Shown here one piece after another: positions 10,201 through 20,553 of a stretch of 64,000 bases of DNA. Numbering within the stretch: the first letter of the stretch is position 1; each line of letters starts with the position of its first letter. The notes under the pieces are model-generated. The model was given only the letters and a program-made list of their open reading frames with translations, made no database searches and was not told the DNA's origin. Source of the stretch: a virus; IMG/VR virus record IMGVR_UViG_3300037483_000361, positions 32,881 to 96,880 of that record; one strand, 5' to 3'. The position numbers were made by a program, and so were the translations under genes.

Positions 10201-11661
10201 CGATACATTGCTGATAACGATGATTGGGTCTTCCGGCAGTCCTGACAAGGACCCCGAGAAGGTGCCACTAGCAAAGTAGAGAAATCGTTCATACCCATCA
10301 AAGCCGCGAATTAGTGCTTCTCGTTGTGCAAGTAAGTCCTGTGTGGAAGTATACACTGCACTCGACGATACATGTATTAAACCACCACTAGATGAGATTG
10401 CGGCTATTACGGACATATTCTGTAATGCAATATTGCTGTTGAGTGCCTCAATCTGAATGAGCTTTTCGCGAAAAGCGGTAAGCCGGGCCGCCGCAGAACT
10501 AAAGTGAACAAACTTCGTATAGTCAGTATAATCTACATTAAGTTCTACGCCAGCAACATCTGTTCCAAAGAACTGGCGAAGTGTAGGGTCTTCTAAAGTG
10601 ATTTCATTAGAACCGGAAATTTGCAGCGATCCACTTGGAAGTAGGTCATTAAGCGTAACATTGCTGAGTTCCCTGCCGAACAATTGAACCGTTTGCGTTG
10701 ATCGATTTGGGGGCCGCAAGAAATAAACGATCTGACGTTCTGGCGTAATAATAACTACTGCATTATCTACCCACGTAGGCGACAATTCTCGTGATATCCA
10801 AACTAGAGATTTTGTGCCAATGTTCACTGGCAGCGGTCGATACAATTTTACGAGAATACCACCTTCCGCCAAATTCGTCGCATCACGTTGCCAATTAGTC
10901 AAAAGTGACTGGAAGTCGTTTCCAAAATTCAAGACTGTTTTAAGTTCACGATCTGGATCGAAATAGCCAGCAATCTTGCCAGCAGTTAGATGCTGAGCAA
11001 TATTTTCAATGGCCATCGCCATATCAATCGGCAATGGACGTATGTCAATGTGCGTTGGTGTAGTATTGGGTATACGAGTAATGACCGGCGCCGGCGGCAG
11101 AACACTCAAGAACACATTTATGGATGTATTTTGCGACGCTGGTTTGGCAATCAACTTAAGTTGTAGGGGAATTGATACTAGATTGGCCGGCGTGGCGCCG
11201 GTCATAGTAGAGATAATTTCGTTTTCGTTACGAATGGTTAGCCCACCATAGAAAATTAAGCCCTCTGCGGCAGCTGGATGTAGCTCAATGCGCCGTATCC
11301 CGCTTATTTCAAGTCGTTTGGTACTAACGGGATTTTGGTTCGTACTAGTGACGCCAAGTAATGAAAAAATTTGGCCAAAGTCAAACTCAGCTTCGCCAAT
11401 TTGCTTACCATCTTTATTGAAAACTACTATCTTATTGCCGGGAACGGTGCTGTTCTTTGCAGTAATTTGAACATAATCGATTGGCTGCTCAAAGATAATG
11501 ACGACGATTCCACTCTTTGCTCCGATGTTTGCAGCAAAATCCCCCACGGCGGGAGTAGGCAATACAGTAGAAACCGGTCGAGCCAATGGTGCAAATTTGA
11601 CTGCGTTGGTTCCAACCGTTCCATTTCCCGTTACGGAATAGAGTTTTCCTGTTGTTGCCAT
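7243..11661 (-). CDS. large baseplate/tail structural protein (1472 aa)
   Basis: KSKGT..LLNIYGIP baseplate-like motif, LamG-like VDEFRLW; S/T/G-rich. Confidence 0.6.
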   Translation of the reverse strand: MATTGKLYSVTGNGTVGTNAVKFAPLARPVSTVLPTPAVGDFAANIGAKSGIVVIIFEQPIDYVQITAKNSTVPGNKIVVFNKDGKQIGEAEFDFGQIFSLLGVTSTNQNPVSTKRLEISGIRRIELHPAAAEGLIFYGGLTIRNENEIISTMTGATPANLVSIPLQLKLIAKPASQNTSINVFLSVLPPAPVITRIPNTTPTHIDIRPLPIDMAMAIENIAQHLTAGKIAGYFDPDRELKTVLNFGNDFQSLLTNWQRDATNLAEGGILVKLYRPLPVNIGTKSLVWISRELSPTWVDNAVVIITPERQIVYFLRPPNRSTQTVQLFGRELSNVTLNDLLPSGSLQISGSNEITLEDPTLRQFFGTDVAGVELNVDYTDYTKFVHFSSAAARLTAFREKLIQIEALNSNIALQNMSVIAAISSSGGLIHVSSSAVYTSTQDLLAQREALIRGFDGYERFLYFASGTFSGSLSGLPEDPIIVISNVSWPTASAGIPASVTSSASVTYYTTQLGYAQEYDALNATSLVNNIPLYLKRDDKSVDFLTFLNMVGHFFDMLKLYIDNMTTIYDRDPSPDRGLAKELMWHVAQSLGIELPNQYAIKELLEFGVGQATLTQKTYKQAIAETWKRFIHNHILIAKSKGTITSLYALLNIYGIPPELMRVRESATPSPLFTTGSFELFNELTRTVLFNTTASVTVPFVASTFISASTPTTIELRFAMTTTGSFVSTALLSSSPSWSLILEPTGSAENHRGHISLLDGLGAYIATSDIAKFYNGDFYSIMLRQDTSTSAIALEIRQFDDDVFEYVYNTSVTQSVTASFRSDSVVIGTANSTASNDMLVDEFRLWRESITDETFRFHAEFPGMYAGNEGDSANENLLVRHSFGIPQNLFISASMPNETPFINSGSAYPSALTASVAAGFYNISTFPHQYKRTTRQTKRFTPGAGGSQFSSAKITIAPSSSFRSDALAITGSSAFPVLSRTKSAVRTNIDRKNATKGDNRVGLYLTLAESINDSILRSLGNFDLNDLIGDPRNLYSDEYSDLIALNTFYKSNYAPTFDQNGFIRSVEGLLDAFFDHARKIVPISTKLITGIVVEPTILERNRVRLVRPLNLEGAGTRRERNAYTILQQSGSLPSARNVDARIDRSLSGSWSATMTQLTALVGQQFAESATADTTPLAVVVQQTTQSLIAGVSQLTARINQNDILALAGAELTELALVTIDDTRTFEALMNVLNPTIDCNIIFTLPSASIGGDFMVPEIKSQNDLDDPRNATFFTHISGSFALTGYKRVRLRQGILVDKGAWVYGTAYVEHDMVTVSGSEFRCLTSTILTAAGTVAGFVSYITPDKDQRNWVPVSARIVAIPVLFMAVVSGSSYSGPGGIALVPFATGVSTAATPFVGYSSNHYKFFRPTYTAYIRSRFSGVKNTQDTTIDGKPPIEITLSSDAQLFVKDGTPRQTVTDESGPILEVRPNTPNA

Positions 11662-13004
11662 TATTGTATCGGTTCTCCTTCACCGTTTGTGTTGATCTCG
11701 GTCAGAATGGATGCTGCCAGTCCCACAATACGAATGCTCTGAAATCGCTCATCGTTAAGCTCGGCGGGCACTTGTATTTTCACACCTTCATTAACGAGTT
11801 GATTTGTGGCATTAACATTCAAAGCAAGCGGTTGCGACGCAGAGAAAATCGTCAATGAGGGAATTATTCCCTCTTTTACTAAGCTTACCACTTCGCTCGC
11901 TGCATTCTCCGAAGCTCGAGCTTGTGCTGCTAAAAAGTTTGCAGCAATCGCGCCCACATTAGAACCACTCTCATATCCCACGGCCTTAATGATCTTGAAC
12001 TTTGTGTCGCCCCGAACACTGTCTGCAACTACGAGGCGTGGCTCAACACGAGCAATGCGATTCGTCTGAATGCCTTCGAGGAATGGTAACACGTCAATGA
12101 CGTATACACGGCGCAACGTTAGTGAACCAAATGATGGCGGGATCGAACGAGCATCAAGCAGCAGTTGATTTGTCGACGACAGGGTATCGTCGGTTCCTGT
12201 AGGATTGGCCGCGTCACATGGATTGGTTGGGATAGGCGGATATGAACGACCATCCACTTCCGTGCGCCAGCCGGCCGGCGGTGAGCCCGGAACAAGTGAA
12301 TCGGCCGAATACATCGTTCCGTCCACTGTGATTTCGACTCCGTTGCGCCAATATGGTGCGATGATCGGTACTTCGACAGACTGCGTAACGTAAACCGGAA
12401 TTTTGACCACAGGCGGTCGAGGCGGTTCGAGCGGCACATCATCATCTACCGGAACGCTACCAGTAATAATCACGCCATTCAAGTCCTGTGGCGGTGCAAT
12501 CGTGCGATCAATAAAAATCGGCGATGTCAACACATCTCGCGGAGCAAAATCAAAAATGATTGCATCATCGGTTCCCGGCGGGATCAAAGTATTTGCTTGT
12601 GCTTCGCTGAACGAAACCACAACGTTGATCAGTCCTTTTCCGGTGCCAGTTCCAAAGGTTCCGCTAGCAGGAGCAGATAATTGAATCGGATGTGTTTGTG
12701 TGTCACCTACAAAGGGAATATCAAAAACATTTCCCAAACTAGATCGTAAATACGGTGGTAACGTCAACGTGCAGCGCAATGCTGTATTGATGGAGCGATT
12801 CTGAATACTGAAAATATACGGCTTGATTTTAGGATCAACCCCCACATCAAATACGAAGTGTGAAAACTTTTCTCTATTAGGCACTATATAGAAAGTATCC
12901 GTGATTGTATACGCACGAAATGTATTCACAGGGTCTTGGAATGAACGGACAAGCCGCATCGGTCTATGGTCGCCAGAAATTAATCCAATAATAGGTGCTG
13001 TCAT
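11661..13004 (-). CDS. hypothetical, probably structural
   Basis: 447-aa ORF translationally coupled to neighbour. Confidence 0.6.
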   Translation of the reverse strand: MTAPIIGLISGDHRPMRLVRSFQDPVNTFRAYTITDTFYIVPNREKFSHFVFDVGVDPKIKPYIFSIQNRSINTALRCTLTLPPYLRSSLGNVFDIPFVGDTQTHPIQLSAPASGTFGTGTGKGLINVVVSFSEAQANTLIPPGTDDAIIFDFAPRDVLTSPIFIDRTIAPPQDLNGVIITGSVPVDDDVPLEPPRPPVVKIPVYVTQSVEVPIIAPYWRNGVEITVDGTMYSADSLVPGSPPAGWRTEVDGRSYPPIPTNPCDAANPTGTDDTLSSTNQLLLDARSIPPSFGSLTLRRVYVIDVLPFLEGIQTNRIARVEPRLVVADSVRGDTKFKIIKAVGYESGSNVGAIAANFLAAQARASENAASEVVSLVKEGIIPSLTIFSASQPLALNVNATNQLVNEGVKIQVPAELNDERFQSIRIVGLAASILTEINTNGEGEPIQ

Positions 13005-13010
13005 CTATCC

Positions 13011-13826
13011 TTATAATGTCAGAGTCTTAAGTGACGGCGCTATTCTCACCAAAGGAGCCATCGGCGCAACATATACTCCATCAGAACGAAGAATGTAATT
13101 TACCGGCGGAAATCCTTCTCGAACCACAATCGTGCCAGAGGTGCCATCCTTCCAGGTCGGCGTTGGTGCTACTGTAGGTGCTGATGCCGGCGGTGGCGTT
13201 ATAGGCGACGCAATATTAATAACAGGAGTAGTAACAAAAATGATATCCTCTTGATCCTTTGCTATCGTGACCGTTCCAGCCGCGAGCGTCACAAGAATAT
13301 CCGATTGAACAACTCCCTCTGGCAATTTATTCAATTCTGCCTGAAGAAATTGTATATCAACCTGGCGCCCTTGCTGCGGCTGTAATTCAAAACTATCCGA
13401 AGCAATATTCTGACCGACAACAAACTTCAATGGCAGTGGACCGGTTAATTTTACAATCACCGACATATTTGTGGATTGATTAAAAAACGTAAGCCGGTGT
13501 GGCTCCAATGCCACTCCGCTTCCTATCACATAAGATCGTTCAATGCGATCTAATACTGACGGCGTAATATTTACAACTTGTCGTAAATCAACCGAATTGG
13601 TCGGTCCAGACCCCGGAGGCATATAACAACCCCGTGCCGTTAAAATCCAATCATCGGGCGGGGGTCCTTGCCGTTTTCGACCATCTTCACAACTTATCCA
13701 CGAACTAATATCCTCATTGGGTATATCAACAATTGGTTCTTCTGGTGGACGGGGGGTCGTTGGCGCGGTTGCTGTCGGGCCACTAGGCTGCGGCTCATCG
13801 GGCTCAAACGATATTGGGGAACTCAT
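13011..13826 (-). CDS. hypothetical Pro-rich protein, probably structural
   Basis: 271-aa ORF in operon. Confidence 0.6.
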   Translation of the reverse strand: MSSPISFEPDEPQPSGPTATAPTTPRPPEEPIVDIPNEDISSWISCEDGRKRQGPPPDDWILTARGCYMPPGSGPTNSVDLRQVVNITPSVLDRIERSYVIGSGVALEPHRLTFFNQSTNMSVIVKLTGPLPLKFVVGQNIASDSFELQPQQGRQVDIQFLQAELNKLPEGVVQSDILVTLAAGTVTIAKDQEDIIFVTTPVINIASPITPPPASAPTVAPTPTWKDGTSGTIVVREGFPPVNYILRSDGVYVAPMAPLVRIAPSLKTLTL

Positions 13827-14848
13827 AATGTCACTCCAAGCCTGACTGGTCTGACAGGCGATGTGAATATTGGTGAATTAGTAGTAGTGGGTGTAATTGC
13901 AGTGCCATCACTATCATTAATTTGTAGTCTTCGATCTACCTCACCAGTGCTAACCATTGCAATTAATACTTTGGTCACGCTTTTTCTAATAAACTCTTGT
14001 AGTTCTGAGTCTTGAATTTGTAGATCGCCGATATCTGCTTCCAACTCATTCAACACTTGCTCTCGAATTCGAGGAAGAGAAGCATCATAGATCGATTGAA
14101 AATGTGGTTCAAGTCTTGATCGTTGTAATCGAGCCGCAGTAGTCAATTCCGTTGCTTTATCTGCATCCAATGCCGCCACCGCAGTCTTAAAGGCGGCATA
14201 AGAAACATCAACGCCTTGCCCCCCATCAGTGATAGACGAAAGTGCTACCCCAAACGTCTCATCTATGATTGCTTGCGCAACAAATCGAGGAACCGAGGGT
14301 TCGACAAACTCATGTATTTCCGATACCATTTGTGCATCGTTTTCAACAGAAACAAGGCGTAATTCCGTTCGTGAGGGTGAAATCTCACTAATAAAAAGTC
14401 GGCGATTATTACCGCCCGCTTCTTGGCCAACCTCATCTCGAAAAACATTAGCAACAAGATTATATCGTCCCGGCGGAAGGCCTATGGGAATCCCGGTCAT
14501 TGGGTCGGCAGGGCCCATCTGTTTAAGAATGCGAACCAAATCCAGCTGAAGAACATCAGGCGTCTTGTCCTGACCAATACCAACCTGTTGGCTGGGCACA
14601 AATGCTATTAGTCGTAATGCATCATTTTCTGGACGAATATTAATATGGCCAACAATGTTGTTGAGTTCATCATAAGCATAAACTTCAATAATGTCCCGGG
14701 CAGTTTGGCCGAAAACTACTTCCTTCTCTTGTGGAAGGTCACCAACATCCGTACGTCGAACGAGTGCCAGGTCCTGCTGCGAAAGACGACGAGGGCGGCT
14801 GTTCGGAACATTGACAATTGGGTTTGGAAAATTCTTAGAATTGGCCAT
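13823..14848 (-). CDS. hypothetical structural protein
   Basis: LFISEISPSRTELRL motif; overlapping start/stop. Confidence 0.6.
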   Translation of the reverse strand: MANSKNFPNPIVNVPNSRPRRLSQQDLALVRRTDVGDLPQEKEVVFGQTARDIIEVYAYDELNNIVGHINIRPENDALRLIAFVPSQQVGIGQDKTPDVLQLDLVRILKQMGPADPMTGIPIGLPPGRYNLVANVFRDEVGQEAGGNNRRLFISEISPSRTELRLVSVENDAQMVSEIHEFVEPSVPRFVAQAIIDETFGVALSSITDGGQGVDVSYAAFKTAVAALDADKATELTTAARLQRSRLEPHFQSIYDASLPRIREQVLNELEADIGDLQIQDSELQEFIRKSVTKVLIAMVSTGEVDRRLQINDSDGTAITPTTTNSPIFTSPVRPVRLGVTL

Positions 14849-15231
14849 TATACAAACTCTCTAAATTCAATATCGATAATCTTGTTCACTTGCTCCGGGC
14901 GAAATACATCGTGCTTCATAAGAACGGACGCATACGTTGCCTTGCTTCCGTTTTCATCAACAGCAAGTGCACTGGACAAATCTCGTTGTGTCTGTTCTTT
15001 CTCGGGATCAAAGACATTTGCGCGGTCGATCAATTCTTGTAATGCACTATCGACTTGTTCACGAAATCGTTCGTCAAGTACAAACTCTATACTTCCCCTC
15101 TGTTCACCAGCGACAAAGTTATCTATGACAAGAATCGTGCGAGAAATCTTAGGCGGCTTAGCGTCAGCGGGCACTTGGATGCTAGACCGAACGACAGGCG
15201 CATCACCGCTCAAATCAAATATCTGTGTCAT
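14848..15231 (-). CDS. hypothetical protein
   Basis: coupled ORF. Confidence 0.6.
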   Translation of the reverse strand: MTQIFDLSGDAPVVRSSIQVPADAKPPKISRTILVIDNFVAGEQRGSIEFVLDERFREQVDSALQELIDRANVFDPEKEQTQRDLSSALAVDENGSKATYASVLMKHDVFRPEQVNKIIDIEFREFV

Positions 15232-16256
15232 TATACTACTCTAAAAGCGTTTCCCGTGTGCATCACTTCAAACCCCCACGGTTTTGTAACTTGAACCAAT
15301 ACTTCATATGTGCGACCGATAAACATGTTTTCAATCTTCAAATCAAAGTAACTTCCGGTATTGTCAGCACTGAGGAGTGAGCCTGTATCAAATGGAATGA
15401 CCATTGCTTTGGTCGCTACATCTTGAATGCCAATGTATGAACCGGAGGATAGATAGTATTTGGCACCATAACGAGACACGTCGGCAAAAGACTTAATCGG
15501 ATGTATCGGTCGAGCGCTAAAGCGAATACGTTGCATTGATCCAGACGCAAATGTCTGTTTGAGTGCCGGAACATACACGTCGTATTCATCGGGCGTAGAA
15601 ACCAAGTTACTTGCCGGTGTAATACTCATTGTTTGTGAGTTCCACACTGCTTCTATTGTCGGCGGATAGATCGTATGCGTATTACGTGAAAAGAATTTGA
15701 TATTAGACAATACTTTACTATTCGTTTCGTCTGATTCTGGCAATTTAAACAATAAACCGTAGTTTATACTGCCCGTAATCCATCCCCTAACGACACCGCT
15801 AATATCGATGCGAATGTCCGTTGGTTTGAATCCGAAACTATGCGAGCCGATTAGCGATCCCGTTGAACCACCCAATGTAGCCCAATTAGTATTGATTGCA
15901 TCTCTTGTTCGCCACGTTACCCCATCGTAGGGATTCACAAGGTCTTGAGCAAAAAAGCCCGTTCCTTCATCCCATAGTTGTGTAATAGGATAAATCTCGA
16001 TATATTGTGAACGATGAAAATTAGTGGCGTCGGCGACCCGCAAATTCAGATAAAAAGTCGAGCCCAACGGAACACTACCAGACAAATCATTGGCAATGTC
16101 GAATTGCACCAGCCCATGAACCGATCCACTAAATGCGCGCGTTTTACCAACCTCAACGATTTCATCGAAGCCAGTATTGCGATACGGATATTGTTCGTAG
16201 AGCGACGCATCCATTGATGGAATTATGAACTTTCGTGCCATTATATGTATCTCCAA
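15231..16256 (-). CDS. DNRLRE-like domain structural protein
   Basis: DASLY..NTG, WDEGTG, DGVTW, NYGLLFK, FFSRNT pattern. Confidence 0.6.
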   Translation of the reverse strand: MEIHIMARKFIIPSMDASLYEQYPYRNTGFDEIVEVGKTRAFSGSVHGLVQFDIANDLSGSVPLGSTFYLNLRVADATNFHRSQYIEIYPITQLWDEGTGFFAQDLVNPYDGVTWRTRDAINTNWATLGGSTGSLIGSHSFGFKPTDIRIDISGVVRGWITGSINYGLLFKLPESDETNSKVLSNIKFFSRNTHTIYPPTIEAVWNSQTMSITPASNLVSTPDEYDVYVPALKQTFASGSMQRIRFSARPIHPIKSFADVSRYGAKYYLSSGSYIGIQDVATKAMVIPFDTGSLLSADNTGSYFDLKIENMFIGRTYEVLVQVTKPWGFEVMHTGNAFRVV

Positions 16257-16272
16257 TTCTATAACTTACGAT

Positions 16273-18276
16273 TTACTGCAACGCGCGGCCAATAATATCT
16301 GAGTCGGGAAATCGCACTTCAAAGATCATCGGGTCTAGTGATGGAAAAATGATTTGCAAGTTCTCATCAAGAGCATTTCCCGCTATGTCATAACGGAAGT
16401 TTTCATAATCTCCGCCATCTTTGAAAGCGTATCTATTAAAAACTTCAAGTTCCACAACACTCTGTACGCCCTCGACGGATGCCAACGTAAGATACAAATC
16501 ATTCAATACAATGGGTTGGTTAACATCCCACCGAGAGATGTCAAAGAAATTCTTAACTGCATCGATGGCATTTGCCAATACGACATTCACATTCTTGTTC
16601 TTGTACACTACAACTTTAAACTTGATGCCGATATTAACTACAAAAGCGTCAAGAATCTGAATATCATCAGTCAACATCTTGAATTGACTAAGATATCGTT
16701 TCAGATTGAGTTTCACTTGATCATTCAATCGGCGAAGTCGTTTGTTGTTGTCAAATCCTAAAACATAAATGTTAATCAGTCGTGGGTTACCAGCATTCTG
16801 AACTAATACATCTGTAGAAGAAATGGGTGCTATGCTATTATCCACGCGAACATCGGCCAAACGAGAATTCTCAACTGCTGCTAACTGATCGTCCTGAATG
16901 ACAAAAGATTTTGCAATACCACCAAAACGGGGCGACATCGCATGAACGCGTGCTTTATAGTCTGCTACGGTAACCAACCGGTTTTGTGAATTGAAAAATG
17001 CTAGAGTCGATTGACGAATTTCTTCAACTGAATCTTGACCCTTACCGCCCGTGGCCGGATCGGGATTATTGACCGCGAGCGAACGAATTGCATCGTCAAA
17101 CAGTGGTTGCTCTTCTACGCTAAACACATCACGATCATTAGACACCGAAACTTGACGGATGCGAGTGATTGTGTTAGCAGGAACATTGCTCTCTATGCCA
17201 CCGCCGGTAACATAAGTAATGGTAAGTGCAGTATTAGACGGCGCCAAACCGAAGGAATTGCTCGATAGAAAGTCTGCCGGGTCCAACGAAGTAGAACCTA
17301 ATCGAGTTTGAAATTCATCCGAAGCAATCTTGCTTGCGTCGAGTGTAATCAACTCATCCTCATCATGTAAGACCCCCGAACCAAAGATAATTTCCAGTTT
17401 GAAATCAGAATTATACCGGCTAACAAATCGGCGAGCAGTCTTCTTAAATTTGATAATCTTCGAAGGACCAAGACTAACTTCATTGCCAACCGAACCCATT
17501 AGTGAAGCGATATTTGTCTTTTCATCAATGATCACGTCCTGTGCCAGATAGTCAACTTCACTCCATTCATTTCCATTCGAATCAACAATGCTCAAAATAC
17601 CCAGCACATTCTCATCAGAAAGTTGAATTTTACTGAATCGAATTGGGTCTGTAAAGATACGAGCAATAGTCTTAATTACTCCAGCTTCAAGCTTAACCTT
17701 CTTGCGAACAAGATAGGTCAGTGGGTTATTATTGCCATCAATAGAAAATACAGTAACTTTGCGATTGTCTGCATCGCCGGCACCAAAATCAATATCCTCT
17801 ACATTACGAAAGTCAACTTGGCCAAATTCTTGAGAACGTTGAAAAACACTATTAGCTGCGATCTTGAGATAGAATCGAGAGTCGGGCGCAAAGCCCGAAC
17901 CGCTTGCTAAAGCAGGAACCAATTGAAACATATCTGCTATGGTAGAGGCGGCGGCGGCTGGCTTGGGCTTATATCCAAACGCCTGCGCAATACTGATAAT
18001 GCTTTCATTTTCTTGAGCGAAATTTACAAGGTTCTCTCGAAACTGATTGTCGATGTAGTAGGAAAGCACATCACCAATATATGATGTCATTTCAATAAAC
18101 ATCATACCCGGCGATGCTTCGTTGAAGTCTGTATAGCTGTCAGGAAAATAAACCTTAGCAAAATCAATCAAGCTTTGTCGAAACTCAGGAAATGTTTTGT
18201 TGAGGAAACGAATCTCCTTTGAGATCGGCGCAAAGTCTTTTGACAGGCGTGGTATATTAGCTATATGTGTAGCCAC
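16273..18276 (-). CDS. baseplate wedge subunit (T4 gp6/baseplate J-like)
   Basis: YTDFNEASPG, FGSG, YVTGGG..SN, QNRLVT..DY motifs. Confidence 0.85.
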   Translation of the reverse strand: MATHIANIPRLSKDFAPISKEIRFLNKTFPEFRQSLIDFAKVYFPDSYTDFNEASPGMMFIEMTSYIGDVLSYYIDNQFRENLVNFAQENESIISIAQAFGYKPKPAAAASTIADMFQLVPALASGSGFAPDSRFYLKIAANSVFQRSQEFGQVDFRNVEDIDFGAGDADNRKVTVFSIDGNNNPLTYLVRKKVKLEAGVIKTIARIFTDPIRFSKIQLSDENVLGILSIVDSNGNEWSEVDYLAQDVIIDEKTNIASLMGSVGNEVSLGPSKIIKFKKTARRFVSRYNSDFKLEIIFGSGVLHDEDELITLDASKIASDEFQTRLGSTSLDPADFLSSNSFGLAPSNTALTITYVTGGGIESNVPANTITRIRQVSVSNDRDVFSVEEQPLFDDAIRSLAVNNPDPATGGKGQDSVEEIRQSTLAFFNSQNRLVTVADYKARVHAMSPRFGGIAKSFVIQDDQLAAVENSRLADVRVDNSIAPISSTDVLVQNAGNPRLINIYVLGFDNNKRLRRLNDQVKLNLKRYLSQFKMLTDDIQILDAFVVNIGIKFKVVVYKNKNVNVVLANAIDAVKNFFDISRWDVNQPIVLNDLYLTLASVEGVQSVVELEVFNRYAFKDGGDYENFRYDIAGNALDENLQIIFPSLDPMIFEVRFPDSDIIGRALQ

Positions 18277-18286
18277 AACTATCTCC

Positions 18287-18661
18287 TTAGAATTCTATAA
18301 CTATAGTTGCAGTGATAACCGTGTTAATGCGTAAACTAAAAGTTATCTCAACTAGTGTGAAATTGCGGTCTTCGTTGCGTGTAACAATTTGATCTTCAAT
18401 ATTAAGAAACGGCATCCATTTGGACACAGCACTGACAATTGATTGCTTGACGTTTTGTTCATATTGTTCGTCCATTTGTGTAAAAACAAGCAAGTGAATG
18501 TCACATCCAAACGTAGGCTGAAAAACTCTCTCACCCTTGCGAGTCAGAAGCAAATTGATAAGATTGGACTTGACTTGTTCAATGGGCGTGAATGCCTGCG
18601 CAAAAAAACCGGTCTTGCCCCGCGTAATCGGTAAAGTGATCCCCAGTGCTATATCTGCCAT
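18287..18661 (-). CDS. baseplate wedge subunit gp25-like
   Basis: NLINLLLTRKGERVFQPTFGC motif. Confidence 0.88.
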   Translation of the reverse strand: MADIALGITLPITRGKTGFFAQAFTPIEQVKSNLINLLLTRKGERVFQPTFGCDIHLLVFTQMDEQYEQNVKQSIVSAVSKWMPFLNIEDQIVTRNEDRNFTLVEITFSLRINTVITATIVIEF

Positions 18662-19200
18662 TAACTTCTCGATTTCATGCCAGGGCGCCAATTAGATTTC
18701 TGTTCTGCTGCTTCGAGCACCTTCTTTGCGTTCTTACCAAGTGCTTGAACTATCTGTGCTGGAACTTCAGCGCCGGCGGGCATTGCTGGAATATTGGTGA
18801 ATTGAGGGTCATATGCTTCATCAACTTCCGACGGAATTGCTTCGGACACTTTTGTATTATAATCTCGTAGATGCGCTACGCCGGCTGCTAGCTCATGTTC
18901 CATTAGACCACCAACAACCGGAACTCCCGCAATCTTTCGGATAGGCGGTACAGCGGCAGACCGTAAGCCTGGCTTCATATCTCCATAACCAAACATCGCG
19001 GCCAACTTCGTTCTGTCCAGAGGTGCGGCTGGTTTGCGTGGCTTGCGGGATTCTGCCACAACGCGCCGTTTGGCTGGCGGGCGCGCAGAACCTTGAGCCA
19101 AGACATCTCGAATTGCCTCTGAGATAAGTTGGGGAAGTATCTCGTATAATTCTTTTCTAACTTCTTCTCGAACCATTTTTCTGAGTTCTTCTTTATTCAT
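18661..19200 (-). CDS. hypothetical protein with N-terminal VREE..LxE leader
   Basis: ORF with SD. Confidence 0.65.
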   Translation of the reverse strand: MNKEELRKMVREEVRKELYEILPQLISEAIRDVLAQGSARPPAKRRVVAESRKPRKPAAPLDRTKLAAMFGYGDMKPGLRSAAVPPIRKIAGVPVVGGLMEHELAAGVAHLRDYNTKVSEAIPSEVDEAYDPQFTNIPAMPAGAEVPAQIVQALGKNAKKVLEAAEQKSNWRPGMKSRS

Positions 19201-19209
19201 AACATCCTC

Positions 19210-20553
19210 TTAGACTACAAAATTGGTTTGCGACTCAAAGGGAGCTTTCTTAGACCCAGCTACCTTAGTTCGAAGAGTTTGAAGAGCGGCCACCACAGCA
19301 GGAGACAGCGGCCCAATACCAATAGTTGGTAGTGTGTGCGACGTAGCGTTCTTCAAATGTGCATCAATAAACTCCAAAAGAAATGCACGAAGGTCTTCGC
19401 CGCGAACAAGTGGTTGCGCTTCATTATCCAAACTTCCAATGAAAATTTTTGGTGCTACAATTGCGTAAGTATCATTGCTTCGTTCAATCGTCTTTCCCGT
19501 TACTTCGGAAGTTTTGCTTGCGCCTACCTTCAATAAGTAATCAGCACCTACAGTTATGAGGTACTTTTGGCCAATTTCTATTTCACGATTAACCGCTGCA
19601 TAACTTCTATAATTCTTTTCTGTATCTACAGTATGATCCTGCATTGTACTGAAATGCGTACCAAGAAAAGTGCTCACCAAAAGTTTGTCAGCTCTGGTAT
19701 TAAGAACAATGCGGTCGGAATTAAGAATGATCTGATTGCCATCCAAAGTGCCCGGAGCAGTTGCCGATTTGAAATGAGTTTGACCACGAATTGTGGCGAA
19801 AGTTAGTGGAATCGTTTGATTCGCCACCATCCATATCGATGACCGATCTTCGTTAATATCTTCATCAATCAAACTATATGGACTATCCGTGCTGCGTTGT
19901 GCATTAGGATTCGGGCCACAACGAAGAAGAAGAGTTGGGCTTAATTCTACATCTGGCGTGGAACCTAGTCGAATAGACTGCCCGGTGCGGCCTTCGTAGA
20001 TGATGTCGCCCTCACGAGAGCGGAGGCGGTAGACCGTCGGCTTGTCCTCGAAGTAGGCGCCGAGGCGGTCGCTCTCTTGCTGCTGGTCGTCGCGCACGGG
20101 CGCGCCCGAGTCGGACACACGGGACATTTCAGAAGTTTGCTGCTCAGTGCTCGGCCGAGCCTTGAGACCATCGTTGAGACCGAAGAGCGGCTGCGCGGTG
20201 ACGCGGTTGGACACGTTGAGCCGGCGGGTGTAGTAGAATCGATTCAGCGCTGGCATGACTAAAACGATTTCGTTCAAAAGCGGATAATCTGTGACATTAG
20301 AAGACATCGGAAATGCCCACGTCAAGTTGCTAGCTTGCTCAAACGCATCACTACTCAACATGCGAACCTTCACTGCGCCGACATTGTAACCATCAGTATC
20401 ATAGTCGGGATGTTGATCATTAACAACCACATCAACAACAATTGCTTCTTCTAATTGAAATGTTTCTTGGTATGATGTGCCAAAAGAACCCTGATTAAAC
20501 GGGTTGGCTTGTGTAAACCGGAAAGTATAATTGGCGCGTTTGACTCTGGACAT
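19210..20553 (-). CDS. baseplate hub/spike protein (gp5/VgrG-like)
   Basis: N-terminal OB-like PLLNEIV, EGRTGQSIRLG, beta-helix-like C-terminus. Confidence 0.6.
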   Translation of the reverse strand: MSRVKRANYTFRFTQANPFNQGSFGTSYQETFQLEEAIVVDVVVNDQHPDYDTDGYNVGAVKVRMLSSDAFEQASNLTWAFPMSSNVTDYPLLNEIVLVMPALNRFYYTRRLNVSNRVTAQPLFGLNDGLKARPSTEQQTSEMSRVSDSGAPVRDDQQQESDRLGAYFEDKPTVYRLRSREGDIIYEGRTGQSIRLGSTPDVELSPTLLLRCGPNPNAQRSTDSPYSLIDEDINEDRSSIWMVANQTIPLTFATIRGQTHFKSATAPGTLDGNQIILNSDRIVLNTRADKLLVSTFLGTHFSTMQDHTVDTEKNYRSYAAVNREIEIGQKYLITVGADYLLKVGASKTSEVTGKTIERSNDTYAIVAPKIFIGSLDNEAQPLVRGEDLRAFLLEFIDAHLKNATSHTLPTIGIGPLSPAVVAALQTLRTKVAGSKKAPFESQTNFVV

